Source: Kofleriaceae bacterium | GTDB taxonomy: Bacteria > Myxococcota_A > Polyangia > Haliangiales > Haliangiaceae | DNA: 29,762 bases | Reading direction: 5' to 3' | NCBI GenBank assembly: GCA_046597055.1 | Contig: JBKJLC010000029.1 | Span: 1 to 29,762 of the forward strand | In this document: piece after piece, positions 1 through 8,494 of the stretch | Position numbering within the stretch: position 1 is the stretch's first letter | Layout of the letters: each line of letters starts with the position of its first letter | The notes under the pieces: generated by a model | What the model was told of the DNA's origin: nothing | The model's database searches: none | What the model saw: the letters and a program-made list of their open reading frames with translations, nothing else | Made by a program: the position numbers and the translations under genes

Positions 1-16
1 CTCCCCTCGGGTCTGG

Positions 17-1516
17 TCAGTCGTCTTCGGTGCGGGTGATCCTGCGGCGTACGGCGTCGGCGAACGCGTCACCGCGGGCGCCGTAGTTGGCGAACATGTC
101 CATCGAGGCACACCCCGGAGCCAGCAGCACGGTGTCCCCGGACCTGGCGAGTCCGGCGGCAGCGTCGACGACGCGCTCCATGGGATCCCCAGTCTCGCCG
201 TCACCGACTTGGATGAGGGGAACATCGGGCGCGTGTCGTGAAAGAGCATCCGCGATCACCTGCCGGTCCCGTCCCAGGAGTACGACGCCCCGCAACCGCG
301 TGTGGACCGCTGCCACGAGGTCGTCGAAGCGGGCCCCCTTGGCCAGTCCGCCGGCGACCCACACGACATGGTCGTAGGCCTGCAACGACGCCTGGGCGGC
401 GTGCGGGTTGGTGGCCTTGGAGTCGTTCACCCAGGCGATGTCGTCGGCCTCGGCGACGAGCGCGATGCGGTGGCCGTCGGGCCGGAACGCCGTCAGGCCG
501 TCACGCACCGCCTGCTGGCTGACGCCGTGGGCCCGGGCGAGCGCCGCTGCCGCCAGGGCGTTGGCGACGAAGTGCGGTGCGGAGGAGGCCAGGTCGGACA
601 GCGTGCACAGCTCGGCGGCGCTGGTGGCGCGCTCCTCGATGAAGGCGCGGTCGACCAGCAGGTCCTCGACGACACCCACGTTGCCGACCGACGGCATGCC
701 GAGGGTGAACCCGACGGCCCGGGCGCCGTCGACCACGTCGGCCTCGCGCACCATCTCCTCAGTGGCAGCGTCGGCCAGGTTGTAGACGCACGCCCGCTGG
801 ACGCGGTCGAAGATCGAGGCCTTGTCGGCGGCGTAGCGCTCCATGCGGGACATGCCGTCGACGTCGCCGTCGTACCAGTCGAGATGGTCCTCGGCGAGGT
901 TGAGGACCGCGGCGGACTCCGCCGACATCGAGTGGGTGTAGTGCAGCTGGAAGCTGGAGAGCTCGACCGCCAGCACGTCGTAGGGCTCGGGGTCCATCAC
1001 GGCCTCGACCACCGGACGGCCCACGTTGCCGACCGCGGCGGCCCGGAGACCGGCGGCGAGGAGGATCGACTCGAGCATCCGCACGGTGGTGGTCTTGCCG
1101 TTGGTGCCGGTCACCGCGAGCCAGGGAGCAGGGTGCTCGGGGTCGCGCAGCCGCCAGGCAAGCTCGACCTCGCCCCAGATCGGGATGCCACGCTCCACGG
1201 CCTGGGACAACAGCGGCGCAGCGGGGGACCACCCGGGCGAGGTGACGACGACGTCGACGTCGTCGGGCAGGAGATCGGTCGCGCCCGGCTCGAGCCGGAC
1301 GATGGCGCCGAGGGTCTCCAGCAGGGCAGCCTTCTCGGCCCGCTCCGGGGTGCTGACCTCGTCGAGCGCGGTGACCTGCGCCCCCAGGAAGAGGAGGTTG
1401 TCGGCCGCTGCGAAGCCGGACACGCCGAACCCCGCCACCACCGCACGGACGCCGGACCAGTCGCTGGTGCGACCCAGCCCCTCGAGGTCGCGGGTGCGGT
1501 CGTCGTACGACGTCAT
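17..1516 (-). CDS. murD: UDP-N-acetylmuramoyl-L-alanine--D-glutamate ligase (actinobacterial type)
   Basis: Motifs [53 protein letters not shown] and [12 protein letters not shown]. The ATG at 1516 overlaps the mraY stop (ATGA at 1513-1516), the usual mraY-murD coupling. The ORF-track extension to 1960 is out-of-frame mraY sequence. Confidence 0.97.
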   Translation of the reverse strand: MTSYDDRTRDLEGLGRTSDWSGVRAVVAGFGVSGFAAADNLLFLGAQVTALDEVSTPERAEKAALLETLGAIVRLEPGATDLLPDDVDVVVTSPGWSPAAPLLSQAVERGIPIWGEVELAWRLRDPEHPAPWLAVTGTNGKTTTVRMLESILLAAGLRAAAVGNVGRPVVEAVMDPEPYDVLAVELSSFQLHYTHSMSAESAAVLNLAEDHLDWYDGDVDGMSRMERYAADKASIFDRVQRACVYNLADAATEEMVREADVVDGARAVGFTLGMPSVGNVGVVEDLLVDRAFIEERATSAAELCTLSDLASSAPHFVANALAAAALARAHGVSQQAVRDGLTAFRPDGHRIALVAEADDIAWVNDSKATNPHAAQASLQAYDHVVWVAGGLAKGARFDDLVAAVHTRLRGVVLLGRDRQVIADALSRHAPDVPLIQVGDGETGDPMERVVDAAAGLARSGDTVLLAPGCASMDMFANYGARGDAFADAVRRRITRTEDD

Positions 1517-1731
1517 CCGATGCCTGCGACCCACTCGGCGTAGAAGATGCCGATGCCGGTGGCGACGCAGAGCCCGGTGATGATCCAGAACCGGATCACG
1601 ATGGTGACCTGCTCCCAGCCGAGCATCTCGAAGTGGTGGTGCAGCGGGGTCATCCGGAACACCCGATGGCCCGCCTGGACCTTGAAGACGCTGCGGAACG
1701 CGCCGCTGGCGCGACTGACCTTGAAGACCGA
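1513..1731 (-). pseudogene. mraY: C-terminal ~72 aa of phospho-N-acetylmuramoyl-pentapeptide transferase; the 5' part is missing, replaced by an unrelated gene at the junction
   Basis: SVFKV...[30 protein letters not shown]...IFYAEWV is the MraY HHH-motif C-terminus with actinobacterial flavour, and it lies directly upstream of murD. Confidence 0.9.
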
Positions 1732-2247
1732 GCTCTCCTCGCAGAGGCCGTTCACGCAGTAGCAGCCGGCGGCGCAATCGACGTCGCTGTTGCAGCTGAG
1801 CGGCGGGAGGGGCTGCTCGGGCACGCACGAACCCTCGGCGGTGCAGACGTAGCCGGTGGGGCAGCCGGTGGTCCAGCAGCTGTCCGGCTGGCACGAGCGG
1901 GTGCCGGTGTTCACCGGGATGCACGAGCCGGAGCAGTCGCACTCCAGCCCGTATCCGCACTCCGCGTCACTCGCGCAGTAGCCGGCCTCGATGCAGCTGC
2001 CGCTCGACTCCTCGCAGTAGCAGCCGCTCGCGCAGCCGGAGTCGGTGGTGCAGCCGTAGCCGTCAGGGAAGCACTCCTGGTAGCCGTCGGGCTGCGTGTA
2101 ACAGGTGTAGCAGGTGGTCGCCTCGGCGACCCCGTCGCAGTAGTGCGACACCTGAACCTCGTTGTCGCGATCTTCGCCGAAGTAGAGTGTGCATCCTGAT
2201 ACGAAGAGGGCCATTACCAGGCCTGTACACGCGATCAACTTGTTCAT
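1732..2247 (-). CDS. Cys-rich repeat lipoprotein (myxobacterial type), 3'-truncated and fused in frame to the mraY fragment
   Basis: GGAGG RBS precedes ATG 2247. Signal peptide with lipobox FVSGC. Repeated CxxDxxCxxGxxC units ([39 protein letters not shown]). Confidence 0.8.
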
Positions 2248-2317
2248 GACGTCCTCCGATGTGCTGCGAGCTGCGAGAGCGAGGCGGGGTGGGGATTGCG
2301 CTTCCGGCACGGACCTA

Positions 2318-2333
2318 AGCAGTCATCGTGCCA
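2318..2333 (-). promoter_or_regulatory. sigma54 (-24/-12) promoter for the Cys-rich lipoprotein gene
   Basis: Minus strand TGGCACGATGACTGCT has exact GG-N10-GC spacing with TGGCACG, about 70 nt upstream of the ATG. Confidence 0.75.
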
Positions 2334-2738
2334 TTACGGCAACGGGATCGAACTGGGCGGAATCGCGGCGGACCCTGGTGGGAGGGCCGACGGATTTTCA
2401 TCGGGTGCGCCCACGCCATGACACAAACGTCCGGGAATTTGGTCTGGCGGTTAACCAGCCGGTCCTGGATCGCCGGATCCGTCACGCCAGCGGGGGGACC
2501 GGGAGCGCGACGCGAAAACCGGCTGCGGCGGTCGTCGCGAGGCGCCGTCAACGCCTGTACACGATCGCGGGTGGCCGGTGTGGCAACGGCTTCACACAGC
2601 TGGGGGGCGGGTCGCCACACGTCCGGTTGGTGCCCGGCGCCGAGGATTCCGTCACGGCGATCGCCTCCCGACTGCCGGCGATCGGTCACCACGCTCGGCC
2701 GCGGTTCGAGCGCCGCGGCTCGACGGAGCCCGGCGCGA

Positions 2739-3686
2739 TCAGGTCGGCTCGTCGACGGCGAGGATCGTCTCGCGCAGGGTCGCGCGCGACCGGAACCCCA
2801 GCTCGCGCTCGGCCCGCGAGCCATCGACCATGCAGACGTAGCGGATGAAGTCGAGCTCGGGGACCGGGTAGCTCGACAGCCCGAGCCGGAACGCGAGCGC
2901 GTAGAGCGGCTTGGCCAGCGGGTGCGGGATCCGCATCTGCTTGCGGCCAAGCTCGCGCAGGATCACCGAAAGCGGCACCTCGCCCGGGCCGGTGACGTTG
3001 TAGATGCCGCGTGCGCCCGGCGCCAGGCCACAGGCGACCGCCTCGGCGACGTCGCGTTCGTGGATCACCTGCACCATCGGATCGAAGCCGAGCAGGGTCG
3101 GGGTCGGATCGAGGCGCAGGTAGTTCGACGGCGCGTTGTGGACCCGGCCCAGGATGTGGACCGGACGCAAGATCACGGTCTCGACCTCGCGCGCCTTCCA
3201 GAAGAAGGTCGACGCCATGTGGTCGATCTCCACCAGGTCGCGCATCTGCGGGAAGCGCTGGGCGGCCAGCAGCGGCGCCTCTTCGGTGAGGAACTGGGGG
3301 TTCTCCGGGCGCGGGCCGTAGACGTTCGACGACGACAGCACGACCACCTTGGGGACGCCGTAGGCCTGGACGTACTCGAACAGCTTGGTGGTACCGCCGA
3401 TGTTCCACGAGTACAGCTCGGCCGGCGTGCTACGCGGGTCGTGCATCACGCCCATGTGGACCAGCGCATCGACGTCGCCGGCGCGGAAGATGTCGCGCGC
3501 CTTCTTGCTGCGCAGGTCGACCTGGTGATGGACGATGTCCTTGGGCCGGTCGGGAAACGGCCGGCGATCGAGCCCCTCGATCGTGAAGCGCGGGTCGTGA
3601 TGCAGGTGGCGCGCGACCACCCGCCCGAGCCGGCCCGAGATGCCGGTCATCACGATCTTCAGCTTACGCGGCTTACCAGAAGACAT
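2739..3686 (-). CDS. NAD-dependent epimerase/dehydratase (extended SDR)
   Basis: N-terminal TGISGRLG Rossmann motif, plus SSSNVYG, ILRPVHILG, QVIHERDVA and YNVTG. Confidence 0.9.
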   Translation of the reverse strand: MSSGKPRKLKIVMTGISGRLGRVVARHLHHDPRFTIEGLDRRPFPDRPKDIVHHQVDLRSKKARDIFRAGDVDALVHMGVMHDPRSTPAELYSWNIGGTTKLFEYVQAYGVPKVVVLSSSNVYGPRPENPQFLTEEAPLLAAQRFPQMRDLVEIDHMASTFFWKAREVETVILRPVHILGRVHNAPSNYLRLDPTPTLLGFDPMVQVIHERDVAEAVACGLAPGARGIYNVTGPGEVPLSVILRELGRKQMRIPHPLAKPLYALAFRLGLSSYPVPELDFIRYVCMVDGSRAERELGFRSRATLRETILAVDEPT

Positions 3687-4530
3687 GCTTTCGCTCTCGC
3701 AAGCCGAGGTGGATCATCGACTCGATGCGGTGCTTGACCGAGCGGACCTGCTCCTCGAGCACGTCGTCGTCGTCGTCGGGATCGCCGTGGAAGGTCATCG
3801 CCTCGCCGAAGTAAACCCGGTACTTGACCGGCAGCGGCACCAGGGGCACGAACGGTGGGTACGGCACCACCGGGAACGACGGCATGCGCAGCAGCCGGGC
3901 CAGCGGCTTGATGTTGATCGCGGGTGCCTGCTCCTCGGCGCCGATCACCGCGACCGGGACGATCGGCGTGCCGGTCTGCAGCGCGAGCCGCATGAAGCCG
4001 GCGCCGAAGGTCTCGAGCTGGTAGCGGCGTGAGAACGGCTTGGAGATGCCGCGGGCGCCCTCGGGGAAGACCAGGATCGCCTCGTCTTCCTCGAGCAGCC
4101 GCAAGCAGTTCTCGGGCGTCCCGGTGATCTGACCCCAGCGGGCGAGCAGGTAGCTCGCGAACGGCACGGTCGGCACGAAGTGCTCGACCATCGAGCGGAC
4201 CAGCCGCGGCTGGGGCGGCTCGAGGAAGCACGCCGAGCCGATCACCAGGCCGTCGTACGGGAGCTGCCCGGAGTGGTTGGCGACGAACAGGACCCGGCCC
4301 GACGCCGGGATGTGCTCGATCCCGAACGACTTGGCGCGGAAGTAATGACGGTAGATCCAGCCCGCGAACAGCGCCGCGACCTTGAGATGACCGCGGTCGA
4401 GCCCGTACGCGTCGTAGCCGTACTCGTTGCCACGGATGACGAGCGCGCGGGTGCGCGCGCTGACGTCGTCACCGAGACCATCTTCCACCGCTCGATCGAA
4501 GCGGCTGCGCATCCAGTCGGTGACGCCCAC
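3673..4530 (-). CDS. Lysophospholipid/glycerol acyltransferase (PlsC-like)
   Basis: ANHSGQLPYD (HxxxxD-type), VFPEGARG and PIVPVAVIGAEE motifs. Overlaps the SDR gene start. Start is GTG 4530 or ATG 4512. Confidence 0.9.
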   Translation of the reverse strand: MGVTDWMRSRFDRAVEDGLGDDVSARTRALVIRGNEYGYDAYGLDRGHLKVAALFAGWIYRHYFRAKSFGIEHIPASGRVLFVANHSGQLPYDGLVIGSACFLEPPQPRLVRSMVEHFVPTVPFASYLLARWGQITGTPENCLRLLEEDEAILVFPEGARGISKPFSRRYQLETFGAGFMRLALQTGTPIVPVAVIGAEEQAPAINIKPLARLLRMPSFPVVPYPPFVPLVPLPVKYRVYFGEAMTFHGDPDDDDDVLEEQVRSVKHRIESMIHLGLRERKHVFW

Positions 4531-4817
4531 GGCCGGCACTGTCCCCGCGTCCCGGGCCGGTGTCAAACCCTTGGGCCGGTCGCCACCTGACAGCCATGCC
4601 GGCTGAAGGATCGGCCGGTCCTTCGTGGCCGGTAGGCGAGCCGACCGTGCTGGTAGTAGAAGATGATGCGGGACCCGGATGTGGCGCCAGCGCAGCGCGC
4701 GATGGCGGCGTGCTGACGATGACGCTCGACCTCGCGGCGCTTCGGCGCGCCCAGGAGGGGCCGGGCTGACCGCGCACGCCGCCGCCGGTCGCAGCACCCG
4801 TGCTACCGTCGCGGCCG

Positions 4818-5621
4818 ATGCCCAGCGAGACCTTCGTAGACGTCACCTGGCGCGGCCTCGAGGTCGGTCGCCGCGTGAAGCTGCGCGCGATCCGTCCGGC
4901 GACCGCGCAGCTCGATCACGGCACGCCGATGCCGGTCGGCACCGTGCTGGCGATCAAGACCGACGAGGGCATCGAGCTGACCGCGACGGTGACCCGGGTC
5001 CATGAGCAGGTCGGCGGCTCGACCGAGGTGCCGGGCATGCAGGTCGTTCCCGCGCTCGAAGGCGCGGCCCAGGCCTGGTGGCAGGCGCGCGCCGAGCCTG
5101 AACCGGAGCCGGTGGTGGCGCCGCCGATCGCCGTCACCGAGGTCGGCGACGCGTCGGACCGGACCACGCTGTCGATGACGAAGGCGCAGCTGGCCGACGC
5201 GTTGGCCGCGGTCCGCCGTGCGCGCGACCAGGACGCCAGCGGCGGCGGGGTCGAGGACACCGCCAACACCCAGGTGATGGCCGCCGTCAGCGACGAGGAC
5301 CTCGCCGCGATGGAGGCCGCAGAGGCCGGCGCCGACTCGTCGGCATCATTGTCATCATCATCGGAGCCGAGTGACGGTGACGCCGACAACGACAGCGGGC
5401 GCGGGAACGAGGAAGGCGGGCGGACGATGGTGATGTCCGCGGTGGACGTGGCCGCGATCGTGGACGCAGCGACCGGGGGCACCCGCACCGGCGAGGGCGA
5501 CGACGATGGTGCAAGCCAGGACGGCCCCAGTCAGGACGGCCCCAGCGACGGTAACAACGGCGACAGCTTGACCCGCGGCAAGAAGAAGCCGCGCAGCGCG
5601 ACCCGCCGCAAGAAGCGGTAG
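4818..5621 (+). CDS. Hypothetical protein: small N-terminal beta-domain (PilZ-like?), long acidic disordered tail, basic C-terminus
   Basis: Typical high-GC codon usage. Extended -10 TGCTACCGT lies 8 nt before ATG 4818. Domain identity is inference only. Confidence 0.75.
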   Translation: MPSETFVDVTWRGLEVGRRVKLRAIRPATAQLDHGTPMPVGTVLAIKTDEGIELTATVTRVHEQVGGSTEVPGMQVVPALEGAAQAWWQARAEPEPEPVVAPPIAVTEVGDASDRTTLSMTKAQLADALAAVRRARDQDASGGGVEDTANTQVMAAVSDEDLAAMEAAEAGADSSASLSSSSEPSDGDADNDSGRGNEEGGRTMVMSAVDVAAIVDAATGGTRTGEGDDDGASQDGPSQDGPSDGNNGDSLTRGKKKPRSATRRKKR

Positions 5622-5659
5622 TCCGCCGGCCCTTGCTCGCCCGTCCGTCCTGCGCCCCG

Positions 5660-6094
5660 CTCGGGGACACCGGAACGAGGCGAGCGCTCTCGATCACATC
5701 CACAGAACCCGAGCGCCAGCCCGTCTAGCAGCGCGGGCCTCCACCTGGGCGACTGCCCGACTGCCCTCGGGATCCCGCACATCTTCCCCGGTGTCCCTGA
5801 GCCGCCGTCGAAGGGCAGCCCATCGAAGATCACGTGCGGCACCGTGGCGCTCTGCCCTCAGGAGCCCGCACATCTCCCCCGGTGTCTCTGAGCCAGGGCG
5901 AGCGCACGCGAGCCCGCCGTCGAAGGGCAGCCCGTCGATCACGTGCGGCACCTCGGCGCTCTGCCCTTCGACGCGGCGCCTGCGGCGCCGGCTCAGGGAG
6001 ACCGGGAAAGGGTGAGCGCTTTCGATCACATGGAGACTTGTGATCATCCTTGGCTCTGCCCTCCGGATCCCGCACAACTTCCCCGGTGTCCCTG
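5660..6094. repeat. REP/BIME-like cluster of direct and inverted degenerate repeats between convergent genes
   Basis: A ~40-bp unit CTGCCCTCnGGAnCCCGCACAnCTnCCCCGGTGTCnCTG occurs at 5761, 5852 and 6056. An inverse-related unit CTCrGGGAsACCGG...GAGCGCTyTCGATCACAT occurs at 5660 and 5992. GCCGTCGAAGGGCAGCCC...GATCACGTGCGGCACC occurs at 5804 and 5916. Confidence 0.85.
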
Positions 6095-6116
6095 CTGCCG
6101 CCGCTGCCGCTGCCGG

Positions 6117-7046
6117 CTACGCGACCGCGCCGTCGAGCACGTCGATCGTACCGGCCGTGAAGTCGACCGTCGCCCGGGCGAGAAACGGCAGGGCGACGTT
6201 GCGGCTGCCGTGGCCAATCGGGGCGCCGACGAGGCCGGGCAGGTCGAGGCGGAGCAGGTGGTCGAGGACCGCCGCGCGGGCGGGCAGGGGGTTGTCGTGG
6301 GCGCCCTCGGCGAGCGGCGGATCGGTGCAGCGGGTGAGATCGCCGAGGATCAGGCCGCGGCAGCCCGCGAGCACGCCGGCAAGCTCGAGCTGCATCAGGT
6401 AGCGATCGATCGCGTAGGGCTTCTCGGTGATCTCCTCGGTCACCAGGACGGTGCCGGCGGCGTCGAGCTGCCAGGGCGTCCCGCACAGGTGGGCCAGAAG
6501 GCACAGGTTCCCGATCAGGAGCGGCGCGGCGACCGGCGCCCCGGCGACGCCGCCGATCGGCGTGAGGGTCCAGGGCAGGCGGCCCAGCGGGCGGGGATCG
6601 GTCATCACGCGGACCAGCGTGGTGATGTCCTCGGCGGGCAGGTCGCCGAGCTGGCCGATCATCGGGCCGTGGATGCCGCGGACGCCGGCGGCGGCGGCGA
6701 AGGCGAGCAGCGCGGTCGCGTCGGAGAAGCCGACGATCGGCTTGGGATCGCGCGCGAGCAGGTGGGGATCGACGTGGCGCAGGATGCGCGTGATGCCGTA
6801 GCCGCCGCGGGCCAGGATGATCGCGCGCACGTCGCGGTCGGCGAGGAGCGCGGCGAGCTCGGCGGCGCGGCGCTCGTCGGAGCCGGCGAGATAGCCGGTG
6901 CGCGCGGTGACACCGTCGGGCACCCGCAGCGTCAGGTGCTCCCCCAGCAGGCCCAGGCCGCGGTGAAACCGGCCCGGGTTGACCGGACCGGCAGGGGCGC
7001 ATACGCCTACAATGTCGCCAGGCCGCACGGCCGGCGGTACCACCAT
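6117..7046 (-). CDS. LD-carboxypeptidase (peptidase S66)
   Basis: Start [20 protein letters not shown], then [23 protein letters not shown] (catalytic Ser), [16 protein letters not shown] and PIGHG. Confidence 0.95.
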   Translation of the reverse strand: MVVPPAVRPGDIVGVCAPAGPVNPGRFHRGLGLLGEHLTLRVPDGVTARTGYLAGSDERRAAELAALLADRDVRAIILARGGYGITRILRHVDPHLLARDPKPIVGFSDATALLAFAAAAGVRGIHGPMIGQLGDLPAEDITTLVRVMTDPRPLGRLPWTLTPIGGVAGAPVAAPLLIGNLCLLAHLCGTPWQLDAAGTVLVTEEITEKPYAIDRYLMQLELAGVLAGCRGLILGDLTRCTDPPLAEGAHDNPLPARAAVLDHLLRLDLPGLVGAPIGHGSRNVALPFLARATVDFTAGTIDVLDGAVA

Positions 7047-7680
7047 GTCGATCGCAGAGCAGCTCACCATGTGGGTCGGCGAGGAGGATAGCCTCGCTGG
7101 CTGGCTCGTGCTCGCGGGCGTGGCGACGATCGAGTACGTGTTCCCGCCATTCCCGGGCGACTTCGTCACGGTGCTCGGCGCGGTCATGGTCACCGCTGCG
7201 TCGTGGTCGTGGCTCGGCGTGCTGTCGGCGTTGATGGTCGGCTCCGCCGTCGGCGCCGCCCTGGTGTTCGAGCTCGGTCGCCGCTGGGGCCGCCGGCGGG
7301 CCGCGCGCACCGGCACGGAGGCGGCGCTGCTCGATCGCCTGGTCCAGCGGTTCGAGCGCCATGGCGCTGCGTATCTCGTGCTCAACCGGTTCGTGCCCGG
7401 CGTCCGCTCGCTGTTCTTCGTCGCCGCCGGGCTGGCCGGGATGCGCCGGGGCCCGGTCTACCTCTACGCGATGTTGTCGGCGCTCCTGTGGAACCTGAGC
7501 CTGATGGCCGTCGGCGCCGCGCTGGGCGCGAACCTCGACCGGCTCGAGCGCCTGATGGCGACCTACACCATCGCGTGCTCGGTCGTGCTCGCGCTGGTGG
7601 TCGGGGGGGTGATCACCGTGACGCTGTGGCGGAAGCGCCGGGCGCGGCAGGCGGCCGACGCGTCCACGCCCGGTCAGTGA
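7045..7680 (+). CDS. DedA family membrane protein
   Basis: IEYVFPPFPGD, GAALVFELGRRWG and LNRFVPGVRS...AAG motifs; hydrophobic segments. Confidence 0.92.
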   Translation: MSIAEQLTMWVGEEDSLAGWLVLAGVATIEYVFPPFPGDFVTVLGAVMVTAASWSWLGVLSALMVGSAVGAALVFELGRRWGRRRAARTGTEAALLDRLVQRFERHGAAYLVLNRFVPGVRSLFFVAAGLAGMRRGPVYLYAMLSALLWNLSLMAVGAALGANLDRLERLMATYTIACSVVLALVVGGVITVTLWRKRRARQAADASTPGQ

Positions 7681-7967
7681 ACCTGGCGCTCGTCGTCCGG
7701 CAGGTCGCTGACCTCGATGGTCCCGAACCGCTCCTCGAAGCGCTCCAGATTCTTCTGAAGCGCGAGCAGGAGCCGCTTGGTGTGCCGGGGCGACGAGATC
7801 ACGCGCGAACGGACCTTGGCGCGCGGCGAGCCCGGCTGCAGGAACGCGAAGTCGAGCACGAACTCGTTCTCCGTGTGGTTGATGACCACCAGGTTCGCGT
7901 AGGTGCCCTGGGCAAGGTCGTCATCGATCTGCACCTGGATCTTCGGACCTGGTGGTTCGTCGGCCAT
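7674..7967 (-). CDS. DUF3467 family protein
   Basis: IQVQIDDDLAQGTYANLVVINHTENEFVLDF...RVISSPRHTKRLLLALQKNLERFEERFG is characteristic of the family. Confidence 0.9.
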   Translation of the reverse strand: MADEPPGPKIQVQIDDDLAQGTYANLVVINHTENEFVLDFAFLQPGSPRAKVRSRVISSPRHTKRLLLALQKNLERFEERFGTIEVSDLPDDERQVH

Positions 7968-8181
7968 GACGCGGAGGGTAGCCCAGCCGAGCAAGGATCT
8001 CGGCGGGCGAGGCCCGGCGAGGACGGTTTGTCCCCCTGGGGACTCGCGGTTCTTGGTGAGGTGGCCGGACCCCGGGCCTTACGCCTGCGAGCGGCCGGTC
8101 GGCGCCGCCCCGGGGTCGGTCGAGCGCCACGTGCGGGCCGAAAAAGCAAACGGCGTGCGGACCGGGGAGGCACGCACGCCG

Positions 8182-8222
8182 AAAAGAAAAAGGGCGCTGC
8201 ACTGGGGGGACCATGCAGCGCC
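8182..8222 (-). terminator. Intrinsic terminator (minus strand)
   Basis: Perfect 9-bp stem GGCGCTGCA/TGCAGCGCC (8193-8201 with 8214-8222), followed on the minus strand by CTTTTTCTTTT. Confidence 0.85.
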
Positions 8223-8467
8223 TGCGCAGATCGCGACGAGATACTTGTTGCCTCAGGTGGGAGGGGGGATGCCGACAGGGATGAGGGGAGGGAGACCAGC
8301 CGGCGCCACCGAGTCGAAACTTTCTCTAGTCACGAACGCGCGTGTGAAATGTTGGGGGGGCTTGGGGGGGGCTGCCGTGAAACCGGCAGCGTGCGATGAA
8401 GATTCCGGGAAGGAGCGTGTGGGGGAGAGACTGAGTCAGCGGCTGCGTGGTTGCTCGCCGCCGATGA
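8182..8467 (-). ncRNA. Candidate sigma54-dependent small RNA with multiple C-rich tracts
   Basis: Bounded by a sigma54 promoter and an intrinsic terminator, with no credible ORF between them. Hairpins at 8437-8463, 8371-8390, 8271-8304 and 8193-8222. The 5' end is estimated from promoter geometry. Confidence 0.55.
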
Positions 8468-8477
8468 CCGGAACTAG

Positions 8478-8494
8478 AGCAACAGGTGTTCCAA
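8478..8494 (-). promoter_or_regulatory. sigma54 (-24/-12) promoter
   Basis: Minus strand TTGGAACACCTGTTGCT has GG-N10-GC spacing and a consensus TTGCT -12 box, with one mismatch to TGGCAC. Confidence 0.7.

Noticed and set aside
1678..1728. 12-bp direct repeat GACCTTGAAGAC as a target-site duplication at the junction
   Set aside because: Both copies encode VFKV within what reads as the MraY loop before the HHH motif. They are probably native to mraY and do not flank any element.
1517..1960. 148-aa N-terminal extension of MurD shown in the ORF track
   Set aside because: It is Arg/His-rich out-of-frame translation of mraY and the Cys-rich gene. The real start is the ATG at 1516 overlapping the mraY stop.
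5660..6094. CRISPR array
   Set aside because: The repeats are degenerate, irregularly spaced and in both orientations, the 'spacers' are themselves repeated, and there are no cas genes.
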